34,821 bases of DNA from Octopus bimaculoides (taxonomy: Eukaryota): the NCBI RefSeq assembly GCF_001194135.2, contig NC_068983.1, forward strand, positions 106,578,633 through 106,613,453, in the 5' to 3' direction. The position numbers and the translations under genes were made by a program. Of the stretch, positions 21,080 to 31,952 are shown in pieces (position 1 is the stretch's first letter; every line of letters starts with the position of its first letter). The notes beneath the pieces were generated by a model. The model saw only the letters and a program-made list of their open reading frames with translations, was not told the origin of the DNA and did no database searches.

Positions 21080-21526
21080 AAGTATTATATCAACTTACTG
21101 AGGCAGTTACAAAAGGCTATCAAGACTGAACGGCCAGGAAAACTGACAAATGGGGTCTTGTTTTAATGCTCCAGCACACAAGTCCTTGCTTTCAATGGCT
21201 GCTCTGCATGACTGTGGCTTTGAACTGGCTGATCACCTGCCCTAATCTCCTGATTTGGCCCCATCTGACTATCATATGTTCTCCAACATAAAAAAACCCT
21301 ACTTGGCTGGGAACTAGTATTGCAGTGATGATGATGTCATATCTGCTGTTGATGACTTTTTTGACCAACAAGATGAAAGCTTCTTCACCAATGGGATCCA
21401 AGCACTGCAACACTGATGGAAGAAGTAAGTGGATTGCAAAGGGGACTATGTTGAATAATAAACCACATTTGGTCACATTCTGTAAGAATATCTTGGTGAG
21501 CCTTTGAACCTTTCAGCCAACTTTCG
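21080..21526 (+). mobile_element. mariner (DD34D) transposase 3' half with right end
   Basis: YYINLLRQLQKAIKTERPGKLTNGVLF--NAPAHKSL...LP*SPDLAPSDYHMFSNIK...FFTNGIQALQH*WKK*VDCKGDYVE* (SPDLAPSD motif). Ends ...TTTCAGCCAACTTTCG|TA. Confidence 0.92.
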
Positions 21527-22127
21527 TATTTCTGTAAGATCAGATGATTTTATGATGTAGGAATGTGAAAACGTTTTAGTACCAGGAGTGAATTGCAGTT
21601 ATTTCAGAACCTGCATGAGTGGCTATGGGATGAAAAAAAAAAGCAAAACAACAAATCTTTAATTTTGCAAATCCACAATTATCAAACTTATTAAATTACT
21701 TTATTGGTCTCAAGAATAACTGGAATTTTGTTCATACAGGTTTTTAGAGACTCTGTTAGGGAGCAGCTTCAAATTTGAATTGGCCTTGATGAAGAGGATT
21801 CCTTGTTGTTCACTTGTAGAAATTCCATTTAACTCTAGTTCAAATATATTTCTCAATGATTAGTTCATTATTCTTGGTCTGCTACAACACTGAGAGTATA
21901 TCAATGTCAGGAATATCTAGCTAACTGCCAACTTTCACTTTTACTTAGATTGCAATATCTTTAACAGAAACCTGCTCTGAATTTTGAATGGAATACTGTT
22001 TGTGGCTTTTGTTGAATTCAGAGACATCATTGATGCATTTATATGCATGCATATTTAAACATATTTATTCATACATGCATGCATCCATATGTATGTACAG
22101 ATATAAAGTCTACATATGCACATAACT

Positions 22128-22129
22128 GC

Positions 22130-22203
<74 letters not shown>

Positions 22204-22217
22204 ATGTATGTATATAT

Positions 22218-22315
<98 letters not shown>
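22128..22315. repeat. (ATCT)n plus (TA)n microsatellite
   Basis: Pure runs. Confidence 0.95.
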
Positions 22316-22820
22316 GTCACCAATGATATCTATAACAGCAGTAACAACAACTCTATTAATGATGATGACTATAACAATAACAATAACAGCACCATTACCA
22401 ACAGTGCCAATACCAACAACAACAACACTAACAACAGTGGTAGCAGTAATGCCAACACCAACAGATACAGTACCACCAACACCCGACCATGGAGATACAT
22501 TGGCTACTCTGGGAACACATTGAAACAACACCTCTCCAACCACAGTTCCTCCTTCAGGATACTGAAAAGGATACACATTACGTTATTAACCAGCCATGTA
22601 TGGCAGCTGAAAGATGATGGGATTCCATACACAATATCATGAAAAATCCTAAAAAATCTAGGCCCTTACATAAATGGGACCAAGTGCTGTAAACTATGCA
22701 TAGTGGAATGGGTGAGGATTCTAAAAGACTCTATCAACCCAGGGAACATTCATCCTCAACTTCAGAATGGAGGTCTTTGCACTGTGCTTGCAATTCAGGA
22801 AATTCCTGCTAGCCTATTGG
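22316..22820 (+). mobile_element. Penelope-like GIY-YIG C-terminal fragment (second lineage)
   Basis: [22 protein letters not shown]...LLTSHVWQLKDDGIPYTIS*KILK...LN...EVFALCLQFRKFLLAY matches the 'YIG.T...FK.R..NH.SSF..T.LS..W.LK....I.W.I...C.H..KFLL' PLE type. Confidence 0.8.
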
Positions 22821-23484
22821 AACCCACAGGATAACAGGGTCACTGGCAATCGATGGCCAAATGGATACAATCCCCTGCTGTTGACATTAAGTAGTGAAGT
22901 CCTTTCGTCCTCCATATTCCATATATATGTACACTTCATATATATATATATATATANNNNNNNNNNNNNNNNNNNNNNNNNNNNNNNNNNNNNNNNNNNN
23001 NNNNNNNNNNNNNNNNNNNNNNNNNNNNNNNNNNNNNNNNNNNNNNNNNNNNNNNNNNNNNNNNNNNNNNNNNNNNNNNNNNNNNNNNNNNNNNNNNNNN
23101 NNNNNNNNNNNNNNNNNNNNNNNNNNNNNNNNNNNNNNNNNNNNNNNNNNNNNNNNNNNNNNNNNNNNNNNNNNNNNNNNNNNNNNNNNNNNNNNNNNNN
23201 NNNNNNNNNNNNNNNNNNNNNNNNNNNNNNNNNNNNNNNNNNNNNNNNNNNNNNNNNNNNNNNNNNNNNNNNNNNNNNNNNNNNNNNNNNNNNNNNNNNN
23301 NNNNNNNNNNNNNNNNNNNNNNNNNNNNNNNNNNNNNNNNNNNNNNNNNNNNNNNNNNNNNNNNNNNNNNNNNNNNNNNNNNNNNNNNNNNNNNNNNNNN
23401 NNNNNNNNNNNNNNNNNNNNNNNNNNNNNNNNNNNNNNNNNNNNNNNNNNNNNNNNNNNNNNNNNNNNNNNNNNNNNNNNNNNN

Positions 23485-23543
<59 letters not shown>

Positions 23544-23879
23544 TGAAATATGGTTGACAGAAAATGCTTCCGAGGAGACTCCTTTATACCCAGTACAAGT
23601 ACGGAAGGGGCTCACATGTGTAATATAATGAATTGAAAAATTTCAGTTAACTGAATGTGTAAAACAAAACTCCCTCGAAGGTATTTCAAATTTTAAAATG
23701 ACAAGCAAGGGAGATAACCCTAATTATATAAATGAATTGACATGCTTGGAAATGCTTTGCAGATAAGGCTTAATTAAGTCCTGTATGTTCATTGTCCTCA
23801 TCTGCTAGTTTTAAAGACCATATCTACTCCTATGCTGTATTTTAAAGATATTTTCTTAAATTTTTTTTTCTTGATGTCA

Positions 23880-24480
23880 TTAGAGTTATTTCCCTCTTTT
23901 CTGTGAGACTTCCTACCTTTTATATTTCTGGGCCAGATGCTCTTTCTATAACCAACCACTTTATAGCATGGCAGATGATTATCAACATCAAATGGCAGAA
24001 CCAACTCACCAACAACAAAATCCTAAATTGCTCAGAAATGCCAAGCATTGAAGTTGCCCTCCTCAGGCATTGCCTCAAGTTTGGCAGGGCAAGTCATCCA
24101 AATGGCCTCTTCAAGACTCCCGTGGACCACACTCTACAGTGAGCTAGTCAATGGCAGATGACATCGAGGAGCCCCAAATTAGAGATTCAAAGATCAACTG
24201 AAATTTTCCCTCCTTCAAATCAGAATCAGCTTTAATACCTGAGAAATAGAAGCTGCCATTCTGGTGAAGTGCAATTCATTTCGGTTGTTCCACTTTCAAG
24301 GAGAGGAGAAAGATTAAGGAAAAAGGAAAAAAGAAGGCAATGCAAGGCATGGTCACTCCACCCAAGACCACCTCCTGCTCTGCCTCAATCAATGTTTGGG
24401 ATTGTTCCATTCCTGACATGGCTTTCTGAGCTATGTCAGATTTAAGCATCATGGAGTCACTAGAAGAACCAAACTCAGAC
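23880..24480 (+). mobile_element. RTE-BovB-like LINE C-terminal region
   Basis: Decayed frames give CET, QMIINIKWQNQLTNNKILNCSEMPSIEVALLRHCLK, GQVIQMASSRLP..LYSELVNGR and RGAPKLRFKDQLK. These match 'IKWQD...MPSI...RLP..LYGEL..G.R..G.PK.RFKD.LK'. Confidence 0.82.
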
Positions 24481-24529
24481 CTGAGTGGTACCGCTACTGC
24501 CAATGACGAGTGGTACTATATATGTCATC

Positions 24530-24760
24530 TTTTATCATTTATCATTTTTATCATTTACTTGTTTCACTCATTGGGCTGCAATCATGCTGGAGCACAGCCT
24601 TGATGGGTTTAATGAAACAAATTTCCCCCAGTACTTACTCATTTTGTTTTAAAGCCTAGTACTTATTCTATTTGTCTCATTTACCAAACTGCCAATTTAC
24701 AGGGATCTAAACAACCAATATCCATTGTCAAGAAGTGGGGGGAGACAAATACTAACACAA

Positions 24761-24797
<37 letters not shown>

Positions 24798-24846
24798 CAC
24801 ACACACACATGACTAGCTTCTTTTGGTTTCTATCTAGCAAATCCAC
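24530..24846 (-). mobile_element. SINE family A (3' and central part, runs into a small gap)
   Basis: TTTACTTGTTTCACTCATTG...CATGCTGGAGCAC...(CA)n...AAATCCAC is the reverse of family A. Confidence 0.8.
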
Positions 24847-24856
24847 NNNNNNNNNN

Positions 24857-24912
<56 letters not shown>

Positions 24913-25061
24913 TATATATATACATATATATATGTATATATAAATCATCATCATCATTTAATGTCCGTTGTCCACTGGCACTGGATTCTATTTTCTGCAC
25001 ATTTTTAGTGTTTATTGTACCAGTGTATATATATATATATATATATATGTATCATTGTCCT

Positions 25062-25330
25062 TATCATCATTTTAGCATTCATTTTTCCATAGGTGCCCAG
25101 ATTGGATGGAGTTCATTGTGGTTGACTTTTTATGGCTGGATACCCTTCCTGTCACTAACCCTAACTTGTTTCCAAGCTGGATAATATTTCCCTGTGGGTG
25201 GAGTGTTTTTACAAAAAACTGGAAATTAATAATACCACCTGTGTGATGGTGGCGCTTATTTACAACAGCTGGGCAATGTCAAGACAAGGAGACAGACAAA
25301 TTGACAGACACATACATGCACACTTTATGC
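25062..25330 (-). mobile_element. Family C short repeat, second copy
   Basis: GGCTGGATACCCTTCCTGTCACTAACCC...GTTTCCAAG...GTCAAGACAAGGAG; homologous to 8625-8870. Confidence 0.7.
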
Positions 25331-26424
25331 ACATACACATACACACATACACGTGCACGTGTGTGCCTGCATACATTACACTCAGCTTCTTTTGTGGGAT
25401 AGTACTCTTCTGATCAGTTTTTAGCTGGAGATCATAGCAATTTTGGCACATTTCAAATAGTTTCACTTTCCCCATTGGTGCCTAAACTGTACTGGCACTA
25501 CTTGAGAATATCTGAATTCTTTTGGCTTATACTGTACCATGTTTTTTTTCCCCTTCTTGTTAACCATGCCAAGCCAGATGTAACTGTCACCACTCCAACC
25601 ATGCAGCAACTATTTTGTTGCACTACTCTCTGAGGGTTTGTTCTTTGCTTCCAGCTTTGGTCTTTCTGTCACATACCTCTATCATATTGATGATGAAGCA
25701 TTTTCTGCTTCCCTCTCCAGCATATTAATTACATTTCTGTTAGCCTTCCTAAGTTCAGCGATTTTATTGGAGCATGTAACAGTATTATACAAAGTTGTTT
25801 GGCTTTCAACTAGCTGGGCATTTTGAAAATATTTTGATAAAAAACTCTGACTGATAATGACAAACACATTAAAAGTGCAATGCATCTTAACAAAAGAAAA
25901 TTCATGATTTGTATGGAACAAGTATCAGTATAATAGTATAAGATTCTGATATCCAACCGTTTGGCATTTTAAGATATATCAACCAATATTTTGATTTACC
26001 TTTACAAAAATATATTAGCATTATACAGATATTTAAAACAGAATTCATATGGAACAATATATTCATTTTATCTAATATACAATGGTCACAACCAATGTTC
26101 AAATAATTTCATGGTTTCTGATATTGTTATTTCTTAAAGAATATTTGCTCAAAGAGCTTTATGGATTTCTGAAAGTACAATATCATAACTTGAAAGGATT
26201 CTCTGTTAAGAAGAGGTAATAGCTTCACAATATACAATCAATTTCAAAAGACATAAATTATTTAATGGGCATTTTATGGGGGTTGAAACAAATGCACAAA
26301 CTAGAAGAATAGGATGTATAAAACTGTTGAAGATTTTTAGTATTAACATTTGTATTTCTGTAGTAAAATGATGGATACAACTGAAATTTAATTTGACAAT
26401 ATTTGAATAAAAAATCTAAGAAAA

Positions 26425-27071
26425 TACTTATTTCGTGTACTCAAATTAAGACTGGGTAGAGACTCCATCAGTTAAAGCTGACCATTCACCGGCACATCTA
26501 TGATCAAGAATCTTTGACGAATATCGGAAGATGCATGTACATATCCTCTCTCTATGCCACTGATGTTATTCTAGGGAAAGGCTGCCAATTTGGACTGATA
26601 TAGCTTGCCACCAACGTTGGCTCAGGCATTGTTGTCAGAATAAAAAGTACCATAGAAGTTTTCCATTGTATCTTTTGTAGTGTAGAAGGTTGAAACGTGA
26701 CAAGGTTGAAACGTGACAAGGTTGATAGGCTCATCAAATGTATGGGTGGAAATGACTAAATCTGCTCAAGGAACCACCATCTTCAGCAGTGAATTCCTTG
26801 CAGCAAAGCTCTCTAGTTTCTCCAGCCAGTAAAAGATATACTGTTTCCCACATATAGTTCTGATTCTATAATAAATGTCTCTTGAATGTTTGCAATGTAC
26901 ACTTGTAATTTTAACAGTTCTTTGTTATCCACAACTGTGTTTCTTATGTCATTGACCTTCAGGAGGTCCAGAGATCATGGTCTGTACTTTCATGCACACT
27001 AACTGTGGTGTATGCGAGTGATTAATAGTAAATGGCTTACCTCGTCTTCCTTCCACCACATGAGTCTGTCC
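26425..27071 (-). mobile_element. RTE-BovB-like LINE, decayed APE endonuclease domain
   Basis: Minus frames give VQTMIS, DLLKVNDIRNTVVDNKELLKLQVYIANIQET, KQYIFYW, FAARNSLLKMV, NA*ANVG and VNGQL*LMESLPSLNLSTRNKYF. These match APE motifs NVRT, DIAALQET, GFAVRN, DFNARVG and NENGQRLL..NL.I.NT.F. Confidence 0.72.
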
Positions 27072-27311
27072 TGTGGTATCCTGTCCTTGCGCCTGGCCTG
27101 ACCCGAAGAACGCTAGAAATAGCAGCTGCCTCTCCCTCAACTGGACAATCGCCTCGCACGTCGTCACGTTGCAACGACCCCGCTCGAAAAGGGCACGAAA
27201 TCCCAATCGAGGCACTCTCTTCCCCTCTTCCTCTTCCGGTCAGCTCCCAGTTCCAGTCAGCTCCTGGTTCCAGTCAGCGGTCAGCTCCCCAGTCGCTAAC
27301 GTCATACCACA
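27072..27311. mobile_element. 240-bp TG...CA insert, solo-LTR-like
   Basis: Begins TGTGGTAT and ends ATACCACA (perfect 8-bp terminal inverted repeat). GC/CpG-rich, with internal GTCAGCTCC repeats. Interrupts the RTE remnant. Confidence 0.6.
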
Positions 27312-27690
27312 CTAACTTGGAAAGCTGGCTTGTTCCTTTGCTTACTTGTTATGATTTGTGCAATATTTACTCCATGCAATTCATGCTGCTTGTCTCCCTA
27401 AGCCCTCTGCATCCAAAGAAACATATGGATTGTGACAGGACAGCACTGAATTGGCTGGTGTTTACCTGATTTAGGGTGAAGTATAGCTGTTCATTGAGAT
27501 TGTGATCTTTCCTGACACCGAGCTCCATGCTAATTTGAGCATAGGCTTATACCTAGTAGGCTGCTGTTTTCTGTGTTGTAGCATCACAATGAGACAATAC
27601 TGGCATGTCCTCTCCAGGATGCAAGTTTGAGCAGCTAATATGGGAGATCAGCAATTGTCCATGTAGCAGGATGCTCCTCTCCAAGTTGTC
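27312..27690 (-). mobile_element. 5' leader of the RTE-BovB-like element at 26425-27071
   Basis: Lies upstream of the APE domain on the same strand and has loose similarity to 14582-14656. Confidence 0.5.
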
Positions 27691-27865
27691 ACTCAAAATC
27701 TTTTAGTAAAGCAACATACTTACTCTTTTTCCAAGAAAAATATTGATATCTATTTTGAGGTTTTGATGTTAGACTATGCAACAAAGCCCAAACTTCAGAG
27801 TAGTTATAAGCATTTCCCTTATAAATATATATATATATATGTGTGTGTATGTGTGTCTGTATAGT

Positions 27866-27898
<33 letters not shown>

Positions 27899-28194
27899 TT
27901 ATATATATATATATATATAAATACACATACACACACATACAATTTTCTTTATATTTTAACATTTACTTTTCCAAGCTAGCATAGGTTAAACAAGACTTTT
28001 TGAAGCAATGTTTTACAGTCAGGTGTCCTTCTCATCACTCACCTTCACTTGTTTCTAAGTAAGGTATTATTTTGTCTATTTTTTTTTAAAGTTGAACTTT
28101 CAATGGTGGACATGTTATTGTTGCAGATGTAAACTGCAACACCATCTATGCAGCAGCACTGTTTTTATGTGGTACATAATGTTAACAGAGTAAG

Positions 28195-28195
<1 letters not shown>

Positions 28196-28288
<93 letters not shown>
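28196..28288. repeat. (CA)n microsatellite
   Basis: Nearly pure CA run. Confidence 0.97.
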
Positions 28289-28401
28289 CATGGTGGTGCT
28301 CCAACATGACTGAAGCCACATGGCTAAAACAAAAAAGAAATGATGATGATGTATATATGTATGTGTCTTTGTGTGAGTGTGCTTGTGTTTGTATATATAT
28401 A

Positions 28402-28555
28402 TACTCAAATACCCAAAATTTCAAGGAGTTTCTGCCTTAAAATCAGGAACTAAACCACAGTTATTTTGTGTTCTTTGCTACATTGGTTTCTATTAACCCA
28501 TTTATTCTATCCGAAGAATTTTTATTCATTAAGATAGAAGAAATACACATAATAG
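28402..28555 (+). repeat. Repeat homologous to the sequence downstream of the hammerhead at 31863-31952
   Basis: TACTCAAATACCCAAAATTTCAAGGAGTTTCTGCC...ACCACAGTTATTTTGTG.TCTTTGCTA...TCTATTAACC aligns with minus-strand 31810 to 31660. Confidence 0.85.
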
Positions 28556-29303
28556 NNNNNNNNNNNNNNNNNNNNNNNNNNNNNNNNNNNNNNNNNNNNN
28601 NNNNNNNNNNNNNNNNNNNNNNNNNNNNNNNNNNNNNNNNNNNNNNNNNNNNNNNNNNNNNNNNNNNNNNNNNNNNNNNNNNNNNNNNNNNNNNNNNNNN
28701 NNNNNNNNNNNNNNNNNNNNNNNNNNNNNNNNNNNNNNNNNNNNNNNNNNNNNNNNNNNNNNNNNNNNNNNNNNNNNNNNNNNNNNNNNNNNNNNNNNNN
28801 NNNNNNNNNNNNNNNNNNNNNNNNNNNNNNNNNNNNNNNNNNNNNNNNNNNNNNNNNNNNNNNNNNNNNNNNNNNNNNNNNNNNNNNNNNNNNNNNNNNN
28901 NNNNNNNNNNNNNNNNNNNNNNNNNNNNNNNNNNNNNNNNNNNNNNNNNNNNNNNNNNNNNNNNNNNNNNNNNNNNNNNNNNNNNNNNNNNNNNNNNNNN
29001 NNNNNNNNNNNNNNNNNNNNNNNNNNNNNNNNNNNNNNNNNNNNNNNNNNNNNNNNNNNNNNNNNNNNNNNNNNNNNNNNNNNNNNNNNNNNNNNNNNNN
29101 NNNNNNNNNNNNNNNNNNNNNNNNNNNNNNNNNNNNNNNNNNNNNNNNNNNNNNNNNNNNNNNNNNNNNNNNNNNNNNNNNNNNNNNNNNNNNNNNNNNN
29201 NNNNNNNNNNNNNNNNNNNNNNNNNNNNNNNNNNNNNNNNNNNNNNNNNNNNNNNNNNNNNNNNNNNNNNNNNNNNNNNNNNNNNNNNNNNNNNNNNNNN
29301 NNN

Positions 29304-29339
<36 letters not shown>

Positions 29340-29640
29340 GTTCACTGATCTTCGGAAAAACAGAAAGAGGAAGATTTACTACATCTCCGATTCCATTATA
29401 GCACAGTGTGCTTCCATAAATCGAGAACCAAACATATACTGACTGCTTAAATACACAGTGCAACATTTGTGGATTCAAATGCAAGCCAAAAGCTGTACTG
29501 CATGCACACCAGCCACATGAGAATGACTGTACTGGATCACATCTACATGTAATGTGACCTTGCACGCACGTCTGCACCGAATTTAACAACACATTGCTGA
29601 CACCACAAATCATCCATCAGACACCAACTGTCAACTTTTC
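29340..29640 (+). mobile_element. Possible third Penelope-like GIY-YIG remnant
   Basis: Frameshifted pieces: KNRKRKIYY, DCLNTQCNICGFKCKPKAV, CTAC, and STCNVTLHARLH..QH. These resemble Cys cluster...C..C...YIG.T.R.LH.R..EH. The YIG motif itself is not intact. Confidence 0.4.
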
Positions 29641-29872
29641 ATCTTTTCACTTCTCTCTACATTTTCTCTTTGTGTTTTCCTTTCTATCTTATTCACTGTA
29701 CTTCTTTTTATTTCTTTGCCGTACATTTACTTTACATCCTGATACGTTTCTCTCGTCTATTTTTACTAGCAAACATTCTAAAGTAATGCTTATTGAACAT
29801 CTATTAAAGAACATACATGCATACTGAATGAATATACTTTCAATAAAAGAAATGAGAAACTATCATGTATGT

Positions 29873-29911
<39 letters not shown>

Positions 29912-29924
29912 CATACCCATTACT

Positions 29925-30130
29925 CTTTACTCTTTTACTTGTTTCAGTCTTTTGACTGTAGCCATGCTGGAGCACCGCCTTTAGTCGAGTAAATCGACCC
30001 TAGGACTTATTCTTTGGAATAATGGTACTTATTCTATCGGCCTCTTTTGCTGAACCGCTAAGTTATGGGGACGTAAACACACCTGCATCGGTTGTCAAGC
30101 GATGTTGGGGGGACAAACACAGTCACATAA

Positions 30131-30188
<58 letters not shown>

Positions 30189-30347
30189 CGGGCTTCTTTC
30201 AGTTTCCGTCTACGAAATCCACTCACAAGGCTTTGGTTGGCCCGAGGCTATAGTAGAAGACACTTGCCCAAGGTCCAAGGTGCCATGCAGTGGGACTGAA
30301 CTTGGAACCATGTGGTTGGTAAGCAAGCTACTTACCACACAGCCACT
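29925..30347 (-). mobile_element. Full-length, young SINE family A
   Basis: Minus GTGGCTGTGTGGTAAGTAGCTTGCTTACC...AGTTCAGTCCC, with many CpGs retained and an (AAAAGAGT)n-like tail. Confidence 0.93.
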
Positions 30348-30449
30348 ATATATGTATATATAGTTTATAAATTATAAAAATTTATAAAATATGAATTGAT
30401 GCATGTGCACATGGAACATAGATGTGAAATAATGAAATATATATATGTG

Positions 30450-30800
30450 TGGATGGATGGATGGAGTGAAGAAAGCTTTGGTGGTTAGAAGTGTTGGAGT
30501 GAAGAAAGCTTTGGTGGTTAGAAGTGTTGGAGTGAGAGAGGCATGAAGGTTTATAAATGATAGTAAATCTTGGAGAGTGTTTGTGGACGGATGAGTGAAA
30601 TCGATGTTGCTCAAAGGGGTATGGAACCAGTATGATGTGGCAGGGTTAAACTAGCATATGCTGTTAGGCCTCGCTGTTGATATTGGGGGTTGTCTTCTAT
30701 GGCTTGACCTGAGCACAGGACAGGGCTTGCCTCTTTGAGCTTGGAAACAAATGGAATGCCTGGTGTGAGTCTTGTTGTGGCTACTCCCTCCTAAAAAATG
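30450..30800 (+). mobile_element. RTE-clade C-terminal remnant of another family, with probable 3'UTR
   Basis: WMDGVKKALVVRSVGVREA*RFINDSKSWRVFV resembles 'RWMDGVK.AL..RG..V.EA....DR..WR..V'. Confidence 0.55.
30463..30535 (+). repeat. Perfect 33-bp tandem duplication
   Basis: GGAGTGAAGAAAGCTTTGGTGGTTAGAAGTGTT at 30463-30495 and 30496-30528. Confidence 0.97.
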
Positions 30801-31862
30801 GGGAATCGGCCTGAGCATATGTATATGCATGTATGTATGTATGTATATATANNNNNNNNNNNNNNNNNNNNNNNNNNNNNNNNNNNNNNNNNNNNNNNNN
30901 NNNNNNNNNNNNNNNNNNNNNNNNNNNNNNNNNNNNNNNNNNNNNNNNNNNNNNNNNNNNNNNNNNNNNNNNNNNNNNNNNNNNNNNNNNNNNNNNNNNN
31001 NNNNNNNNNNNNNNNNNNNNNNNNNNNNNNNNNNNNNNNNNNNNNNNNNNNNNNNNNNNNNNNNNNNNNNNNNNNNNNNNNNNNNNNNNNNNNNNNNNNN
31101 NNNNNNNNNNNNNNNNNNNNNNNNNNNNNNNNNNNNNNNNNNNNNNNNNNNNNNNNNNNNNNNNNNNNNNNNNNNNNNNNNNNNNNNNNNNNNNNNNNNN
31201 NNNNNNNNNNNNNNNNNNNNNNNNNNNNNNNNNNNNNNNNNNNNNNNNNNNNNNNNNNNNNNNNNNNNNNNNNNNNNNNNNNNNNNNNNNNNNNNNNNNN
31301 NNNNNNNNNNNNNNNNNNNNNNNNNNNNNNNNNNNNNNNNNNNNNNNNNNNNNNNNNNNNNNNNNNNNNNNNNNNNNNNNNNNNNNNNNNNNNNNNNNNN
31401 NNNNNNNNNNNNNNNNNNNNNNNNNNNNNNNNNNNNNNNNNNNNNNNNNNNNNNNNNNNNNNNNNNNNNNNNNNNNNNNNNNNNNNNNNNNNNNNNNNNN
31501 NNNNNNNNNNNNNNNNNNNNNNNNNNNNNNNNNNNNNNNNNNNNNNNNNNNNNNNNNNNNNNNNNNNNNNNNNNNNNNNNNNNNNNNNNNNNNNNNNNNN
31601 NNNNNNNNNNNNNNNNNNNNNNNNNNNNNTATATATATATATATATATATATATATTTTATTATATGTATTTATTTTCTCTTAGTTAATAATTAACTCTG
31701 ACAAAATAAATTGGTTAATAGATACCAGGTTAGCAAAGATCACAAAATGACTGTGGTGTAACTCCTGTTTATGAGGTAGAAACTCCTTGTTATTTTGGGT
31801 ACTTGAGTAAATATATAAATTTAGTAAATGGAGTAAAATGCATATGTTAACTGAATACTTTT

Positions 31863-31952
31863 ATTTCCAACATATGTTTCGAAGATTACAAATTATACCT
31901 TCCATAGGAATAGGTGATGTTGATAAGGATGTAATCTCCTCTTCAGAGAAAT
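31863..31952 (-). ncRNA. Type I hammerhead ribozyme, apparently intact
   Basis: Minus strand: AUUUCU-CUGAAGA-GGAGAUUAC-[41 nt]-GUAAUCUUC-GAAA-CAUAUG-UU^GGAAAU. Conserved CUGANGA and GAAA core, 6-bp stem I, 9-bp stem II, palindromic ACAUAUGU stem III and a GUU cleavage triplet. Confidence 0.85.

Noticed and set aside
25682-25921. 79-aa minus ORF (ELRKANRNVINMLEREAEN) as a possible exon
   Set aside because: No family recognised, weak acceptor context, and stops precede the nearby GT donor.
27034-27071. Strong minus-strand donor GAG|GTAAG with a possible 31-nt micro-exon
   Set aside because: It lies inside a decayed RTE element next to an insertion, with no partner exons found.
27032-27469. 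145-aa plus ORF and overlapping ORFs
   Set aside because: They arise from the GC-rich 240-bp insert and span its boundaries, with no protein motif.
29735-29765. Minus TAGACGA-GA-GAAACGTA as a hammerhead relic
   Set aside because: The core box is wrong, there is no stem II, and it is antisense to the putative PLE remnant.
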